Positions 57,356-64,000 of a stretch of DNA of 64,000 bases are shown here, in pieces. The notes beneath the pieces were generated by a model. The model did no database searches. It had not been told where the DNA came from and worked only from the letters and a program-made list of their open reading frames with translations. Position 1 is the first letter of the stretch. The number at the start of each line of letters is the position of its first letter. The stretch spans positions 92,318,001-92,382,000 of the forward strand of contig NC_091994.1 of assembly GCF_044704955.1 (NCBI RefSeq), written 5' to 3'. Both the position numbers and the translations under genes were made by a program. The stretch is from Pristiophorus japonicus (lineage: Eukaryota).

Positions 57356-59203
57356 ATGGGAGTTTGTGCAGAGAGTCATGGGTTAACAGCTGAACTCTGT
57401 CACACTCCACCCCTGAGATCAGCTTGTAATGGAAAGTTCAGACAGAGCACTGAGCGACCTTGGTTAGAGAGCAGTACCAGGCACAGTACAAAACATGTGG
57501 GCTGCAGGAAGAAGATGCACAGCTATCGACTGGTACAAACTAACTTGGCCTACACCTCTGAGAGCCTTGGGCAGCCAATGAAGTCTTTACTGCCAGCAAC
57601 GGTTTCATGCCACGGACAGCAGTCCAATGTAGAGCACCACAGACACAAGTATAGCTCCCGAGACCCAATCAATGGTAGAGGCAGCTCAAACTTTATCTCT
57701 CTTCTTGTGGAATCCAAACATTTAGCGAGAGAGCGGAGATGCTATTTACGGGATTCAGGTACAGTTATTGGTATCGATCCCAATCAGAGCTCTGATGAGG
57801 TTAAGAGAGAGACGAGCAAGAAACAGAAAAAATACTTTTTGCACGAGGAAGAGAATTTGCCTCCAGTACAGTTAAGCAATCAGGAGGCTGATGGTGACAG
57901 TCACGTAAAGGTCCCTGAGAATCACTACGACTCATTGATTCTTGGTTCTCCCAATCATTCTCTTACTCTAGGAGATCTTGGGAATGTCTGTCGACCATCG
58001 TTAGACGGGCAGTCCAACACCTTGCGCTCCATTCTGAAATCATCCCAAACATCTGCAAGCCTACATCGCTCGATGCTCAGCCTAGGTGATAGCAACTACA
58101 AGACAAAGCGTGTTTCAAGCAAAGCTGCAAGCATCAGTCCGTTGAAGTTTCTGACCCATTTTCCTTGTAACTATTTGAATCTGCCATCTGGAGATGAAAG
58201 AGAGGAATGGTCAGGAAGAACTCATCCAGATGTTTGGAAACGCCGAGATGTTCCAAAAATACCGGACTTTGACCCCTCTGTTATACATAATAACTATAAG
58301 TTTTCATATCCTGTGTGGGATACATGTCCACGGGCTTCAAGCACCGAGTGTCGGGCATGTCCTCCTGGGTTAATGTGTGTTTGCAGCAGATGTGAGCATG
58401 CTGACAATTGCATGACCTATACTGAAGCAGAGGTTTCTATGGATGACTATCACAGTCTCTCTCAGTTTACCGATCCTGGCAGAAAGTCTGTGTCATTGAC
58501 AGGTTCACTGAGGTTACCTGATAAGGACGTGAAGGATTTCCATCACTCTCACTGTGTTGTGTGTCACAGAAGTGCAGACCTTTTACGTAACTTTCCCATA
58601 AAGTCTACAAACTTGTCTGACCGTGTGACTAAAATGCAGACTGATGAGGGAGTACCAGTAGATGGAGAACAGTCAGGTACCGAAGATCCCTTCTCAAACA
58701 CTACGGAAAACAGGAAAGATTTATCAGACAAGTACTCAGATCATCTTCTGCACTCCAGCATGAAATGTCAAGCAAAGTCCGGTTACCCTGTCATCGTCGG
58801 TAACATTTACACCAAACAGCACAGAACTCCAGATGTTTTGTGGCTACAAGAGTCTGCCCAGTGCCCAGCTTGTGCGGGTCTCCCCCTGACACACAACCAG
58901 AGCAATCCTTCCCAGGGAAATCTCCGCAGCGAGGCACAGGAAGAGGAAACATCTGATCTGGGGTCTACAGGGGTTGGAAGCATGGCACTGAGAATCAGAC
59001 CAGTCTCTGGTTATTCTAGAAATTCCACCTCTCAGAAAGGAGAGGAACCCAACAACGGAGCAATCTTCAATATGAAATCTGAGGGTTCCAGCCATTCTCT
59101 CAGCTGGGAACATGGGCCAATGCTAATGGAAGCTTTAGGCAGCAACGTTTCTACAAAACAGCTCCTGCAAACCTCTCCACTGAGGGACAACCAGCAGCTG
59201 CAG
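57356..59203 (+). CDS. C1orf167: Large first coding exon of a C1orf167-like gene (616 codons; gene continues downstream)
   Basis: Unique non-repetitive ORF; acceptor ttctag| at 57326, donor CAG|GTAAGA at 59203/59204. RLVQTNLA...LG...QQSN resembles the human C1orf167 N-terminal region, and the position after DRAXIN-AGTRAP matches human synteny. Confidence 0.75.
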
Positions 59204-59646
59204 GTAAGAAGCTCACAATAAATATACAACCGAGGCATGAACCTGCCCGAACCAGCTGCCTCAATGCTGTCCATGTGCTGGAAGAACTTACTAGCCCTTC
59301 AAGCACTGAACCCTTCACTGTCTAATTAATCAAATCCATATTATGTACAAGACTATGCGTTATTGCTGAATCCACTGGAAGTATCAAGTGATGTGGTTTA
59401 GTAACAGAGCACTCTTTTTCAATAGAGGTTCTGAGTTTAGTTGACTCTGATATTTAGTTGCTTTAAGTGAGTTATTTATTGGCTATGCTGCTGGATAAAA
59501 TGTCAGGGCGTCAATCTTGTGGGTGTGGCGAGACATACAAAACCTGTTCACCTTGATCACAGCAGCCCACATTTGATCATTATATTAGATAGGAGTGTTA
59601 TCAGGAGCTGGGGAGCATACTGCAAATTGGACTGCTAAGCCGCCTT

Positions 59647-60150
59647 AGAATTATAGAGTCTTGCAGCACAGAAGGAAGCCATTTTGCCTACTGTGCCTGT
59701 GCCAGCTCCTTGGAAGAGCTATCCAATTAGTCCCACTCCCTTGCTCTTTTCCCATAGCCCTGCAAATGTTTCCTCTTTATCCAATTCCCTTTTGAATGTT
59801 GCTATTTAATCTGCTTCAGTGCATTCCAAATCATAACTCAATGTGTAAAAACTCTCCATGTCGTCTCTGGTTCTTTTGCCAATTACCTTAAATCTGTGTA
59901 CTTTGGTTACCGAGATTTCTGCCACTAGAAACAGTATCTTCTTTACTCTTATCAAAACCCTTCATGAATTTGAATACCTTTATTAAGTCTCCCCTTGATC
60001 TCTTCTGCTCTAAGGAGAACAATCCCAGCCTCTCTAGTCTCTCCACGCAACTGAAGTCCCGCATCCCTGGTACCATTTTAGTAAACTTCCTCTTTAAGGC
60101 CATGACATTCTTCCTAAGGTGTGGTGCCCAGAATTGAACACAATTCTCCA
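59647..60150 (-). mobile_element. CR1 LINE 3' end
   Basis: ORF 59888-60151 CVQFWAPHLRK...RGDLIKVFK. Confidence 0.85.
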
Positions 60151-60970
60151 CCTTGATTGGAGAAAGCAGGATGACAGAATCTATGTAGTAGGGATGTAAA
60201 TTGGATGCGGGCTTTGAACAAAATGGCGATATTTTATGTTTAGACCTAAGAAACAGGGGAGCACTAAATTCTTCAACAATGAACCAAAATCGATCTGTAT
60301 AGTTCTTACTAAATGGAGCAATGGAGGTAACAGCTTACAGAGCAAGTGAATGTCCTTGGCCCTTAAATGATGCCCAAACATTTTAATTAGGTTTAAGATC
60401 TCAAAGTTCAGAGCCAACTAGAGCTCATAAGCTGAATTGCAGATTGTATGTTGTGCCTGTGCCACCATGTGAGATTTAGGTTGTATTGTGGGTGAGTGGA
60501 AGGAGCACAGCCTGGCTGGCTGGTGAACAGATGTGGTGCCTTTAAACATGTGTTATCAGCATTAAAAGACTCTGAAAAATGCCTTTGAGGTCTGACGGTG
60601 TACTTGTTAAATATATGCTGTTAAACATAAAAACATATCGTGGAAAATGTAATGACATCAGTCTTTTATTCTTAAGTACGCATCCAGCAGCAAATTAATA
60701 ATCAGTACAAAGTTCTCGAATTTAGATACAGGTGGAATGGATCTGCACAAAAACATTTTCTTCTGATTTAAAAAAAATACATGTTTTTCGGATTTGCGGG
60801 AAAAAAAATGACAGAAGAAAGAGGGAGAGGGGAAGTGGCTGCCTGTCTGATGTGTTCATGAAATGAGTGCGACAATATCTGCGGATATTTGCGATCCTGA
60901 CTTAACAAATGTGAATGTGGCTTTGTCTCAAACTGTTGAACAGCTTGATTTGGTGTCTTTTGTTTGACAG

Positions 60971-61026
60971 AGTACGGAGCCTCGAGGATTTCCTTTGGAT
61001 GGTAGGACAAAGCGACCAGTGGAAAG
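60971..61026 (+). CDS. Possible next small C1orf167 exon (STEPRGFPLDGRTKRPVE)
   Basis: gtcttttgtttgacag| acceptor, open in phase 0, donor AAG|GTACAG. No homology support. Confidence 0.25.
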
Positions 61027-61254
61027 GTACAGCATTATGTGGGGAGCGGGTGAAAGATATTTGAAGCTGTTTGATCGGATTTCACTTTGTTTCCGTCACC
61101 ATCAAAACAGTCAAAACAAAATTAAGTTGAATCTGGAAACAGAACTGCAGCATCGTCTATAACGTTGGGTGGAAATGGTGCTTCAAAAGAACGATTTAAA
61201 AAGATTTTGTATTTGGCATCGTGCACTCCTCTTAAAAGCTGCATATTGGCATAA

Positions 61255-61637
61255 TATGGACTTCCAGAAGGTATTCGATAAGGTTCCACATAAGAGACTG
61301 CTAGCTAAAATTAAAACTCATGGAATTGATGTTGATTTATTGACCTGGTTAGGAGATTGGTTAGGTGGTAGAAGGCAGAGAGTACGGATAATAGGTATGT
61401 ACTTGAATTGGAAGGAAGTGACTAATAGTGTCCCACAAGTATCTCAGCTGGGGCCTCATCTATTCACTATGTTTATTAATGAATTAGGTAACACAATAGA
61501 CAGCCATATATACAAGTTTGTCGATGACACAAAGATTGGTGGTATAGTAAGTAGTGCAGATGGGAGCATAAAATTACAAAGAGACATTGGTAGATTAAGT
61601 GAGTGGGTAAAACTGTGGCAGATGGATTTCAATGCCG
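61255..61637 (+). mobile_element. CR1 RT internal fragment
   Basis: [15 protein letters not shown]...VPQVSQLGP...FVDDTK...WQMDFN. Confidence 0.85.
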
Positions 61638-61639
61638 GT

Positions 61640-64000
61640 TAAGAACATAAGAAATAGAAGCAGGAGTAGGCCATTTTGCCCCTCGAGCCTGTTCCGCCAT
61701 TCAATAAGATCATGGTTGATCTGATCATGGGCTGAAGTCCACTTCCCTGCCTGCTCCCCGTAACCCTTTACTCCCTTATCACTCAAAAATCTGTCTACCT
61801 CCACCTTAAATATATTCAATGACCCAGCCTCCAAGGCTCTCTGGGACACAGAATTGCACAGATTTACAATCCTCTGAGAAGAAATTTCATCTCATCTCAG
61901 TTTTAAATGTGCGACTCCTTATTCTGAAACTATGCCCGCTAGTTCTAGATTTCCCCCATGAGTGGAAACATTCTCTCTGCGTCTACCTTGTCGAGTCCCC
62001 TCATTATCTTTTATGTTTCAATAAGATCATCTCTCATTCTTCTAAACTCCAATGAGTATAGGCCCTACCTACTCAATCTATCTTCATAAGTCAAACCCTT
62101 CATCTAGGGAATCAACCTAGTGAACCTTCTCTGAATTGTCTCCAATGCAAGTATATAATTCCTAAAATAAGGGAACCAAAACAGTACGCAGTACTCCAGA
62201 TGTAGCCTCACCAATACCTTGTACAGTTGTGGCAGGACTTCTCTGCTTTTATACTCCATCCCCCTTGCAATAAAGGCCAAAATTCCATTTGCCTTCCTGA
62301 TTACTTGCTGTACCTGCATACTTACTTTTTGTGTTTCATGCACAAGGACCCCCAGGTCCCTCTGTACTGCAGCATTTTGTAATTTTTCTGCATTTAAATT
62401 ATAATTTGCTTTTTTAATTTTTTCTGCCAAAGTGGATAACCTCATACTTTCCCACATTATACTCCATCTGCCAAATTTTTGCCCACTCACTTAGCTTGTC
62501 TATATCCCTTTGCAGATTTGTTGTGTCCTCCCCACAACTTGCTTTTCCACCCATCTTTATCATCAGCAAACCTGGCTACATTACACCCGGTCCCTTCATC
62601 CAAATCATTAATATATTGTAAATAGTTGAGGACCCAGCACTGATCCCTGCGGTACCCCACTAGTCACTGTTTACCAACCGGAAAATGACACGTTTATCCC
62701 GACTCTCGGTTTTCTGTTAGTTAGCCAATCCTCAATCCATGCTAATATATTACCCTCAACCCCATGAACTTTTACCTTGTGCAGTAACCTTTTATGTGGC
62801 ACATTAGCCTTCTGGAAGTCCAAATACACCTCATCTACTGGTTCCCCCTCTTATCCACCCTGCTTGTTACATCCTGAAAGAACTCCAGCAAATTTGTCAA
62901 ACATGTTTTCCCTCTCATAAAACCTTGCCGACTCTGCTTAATTGAATTATGCTTTTCCAAATGTACTGCATCCTTAATAATGGATTCCAGCATTGTCCCA
63001 ATGACAGATGTTAGACTAACTGGTCTATGGTTTCCTGCTTTCTGTCTGCCTCCTTTTTTAAATAGGGGCGTTACATTTGCGGTTTTCCAATCTGCTGGGA
63101 CCTCCCCAGAGTCCAGGGAATTTTGGTAGATTACAACCAATGCATCTACTATTTCTGCAGCCACTTCTTTTAAGACCCTAGGATGCAAGCCATCAGGTCC
63201 AGGGGACTTGTCCACCTTTAGTCCCATTATTTTACTGAGTACTACTTCTTTAGTGATAGTGATTATTTTAAGTTCCTCCCTCCCTATAGCCCCTTGATTA
63301 TCCATTATTGGGATGTTTTTAGTGTCTTCTACCGTGAGGACTATACAAAATATTTGTTCAAAGTCTCTGCTATTTCCTTGTTCCCTATTATTACTTCCCT
63401 CTAAGGGACCAACATTTACTTTAGCCACGCTCTTCCTTTTTATATATCTGTAGAAACATAAGAACATAAGAAATAGGAGCAGGAGTAGACCATTTGGCCC
63501 CTCGAGCCTGCTCCGCCAGCTCTTACTATCTGTTTTTATATTTCTTTCTAGTTTACTTTCATAATCTATCTTCCCTCTCTTTATTTTTTTTTTAGTCGTT
63601 CTTTGTTGGTTTTTAAAAGTTTCCCAATCCTCTGGCCTCCCACTAGTCTTGGCCACTTTGTATGCCATTGTTTTCAATTTGATGCCATCCTTTATTTACT
63701 TAGTTAGCCATGGATAGTTATCCCTTCTCTTAAAGTCTTTCCTTCTCATTGGAATATATTTTTGTTGAGAGTTATGAAATATCTCCTTAAATGTCTGCCA
63801 TTGCTCATCAACCGTCCCACACTTTAATCTATTTTCCCAGTCCACCTTAGCCAACTCTGCCTTCATACCTTTGTAGGCTCCTTTATTTAAGCTTAGGACA
63901 CTGGTTTGGGATCTAACTTTCTCACCCTCGAACTGAATTTGAAATTCAACCATGCTATGATCACACTTTCCTAGAGGATCCTTTACTAGGAGATCATTTA
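61640..64000 (-). mobile_element. CR1 LINE running beyond the window end, with a 63-nt CR1-tail insertion at 63456-63518
   Basis: ORFs 62104-62490, 62835-63677 and 63696-63953 encode ORF2 parts; aagaacataag tail at 61641. Confidence 0.93.

Noticed and set aside
61169-61642. 157-aa ORF as a C1orf167 exon
   Set aside because: In-frame stop at 61160 just upstream, and most of the ORF is a CR1 RT fragment.

Overview
Eukaryotic (vertebrate) genomic DNA. The dense CR1/L2/RTE LINEs and Deu-domain tRNA-SINEs suggest a cartilaginous fish (inference). Three + strand genes lie in the same order as human 1p36.22. DRAXIN has 6 coding exons (6348-24357, 351 aa) and AGTRAP has 5 coding exons (30891-46069, 169 aa); I reconstructed both with GT-AG junctions and consistent phases. 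The 5' part of C1orf167 follows, with a promoter near 54.3 kb and a 1.85-kb coding exon at 57356-59203. Almost every other ORF in the track is a LINE fragment or low-complexity artefact. The most notable unexplained features are: (1) a ~160-bp near-perfect inverted repeat just after the AGTRAP stop codon; (2) a candidate alternative AGTRAP last exon; (3) a Tx1-type retrotransposon with a 10-bp TSD and structured 3' end, inserted beside a DRAXIN splice donor; (4) inverted CR1 tails around a frame-symmetric 291-nt DRAXIN exon pair; (5) a 15-bp-phased triple CLEAR-like E-box in the AGTRAP promoter; (6) several nested retroelement insertions. I found no evidence for a prokaryotic-type system, CRISPR array or RNA gene. 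Repeat boundaries are approximate (read by eye), and comparisons with human proteins are from memory.
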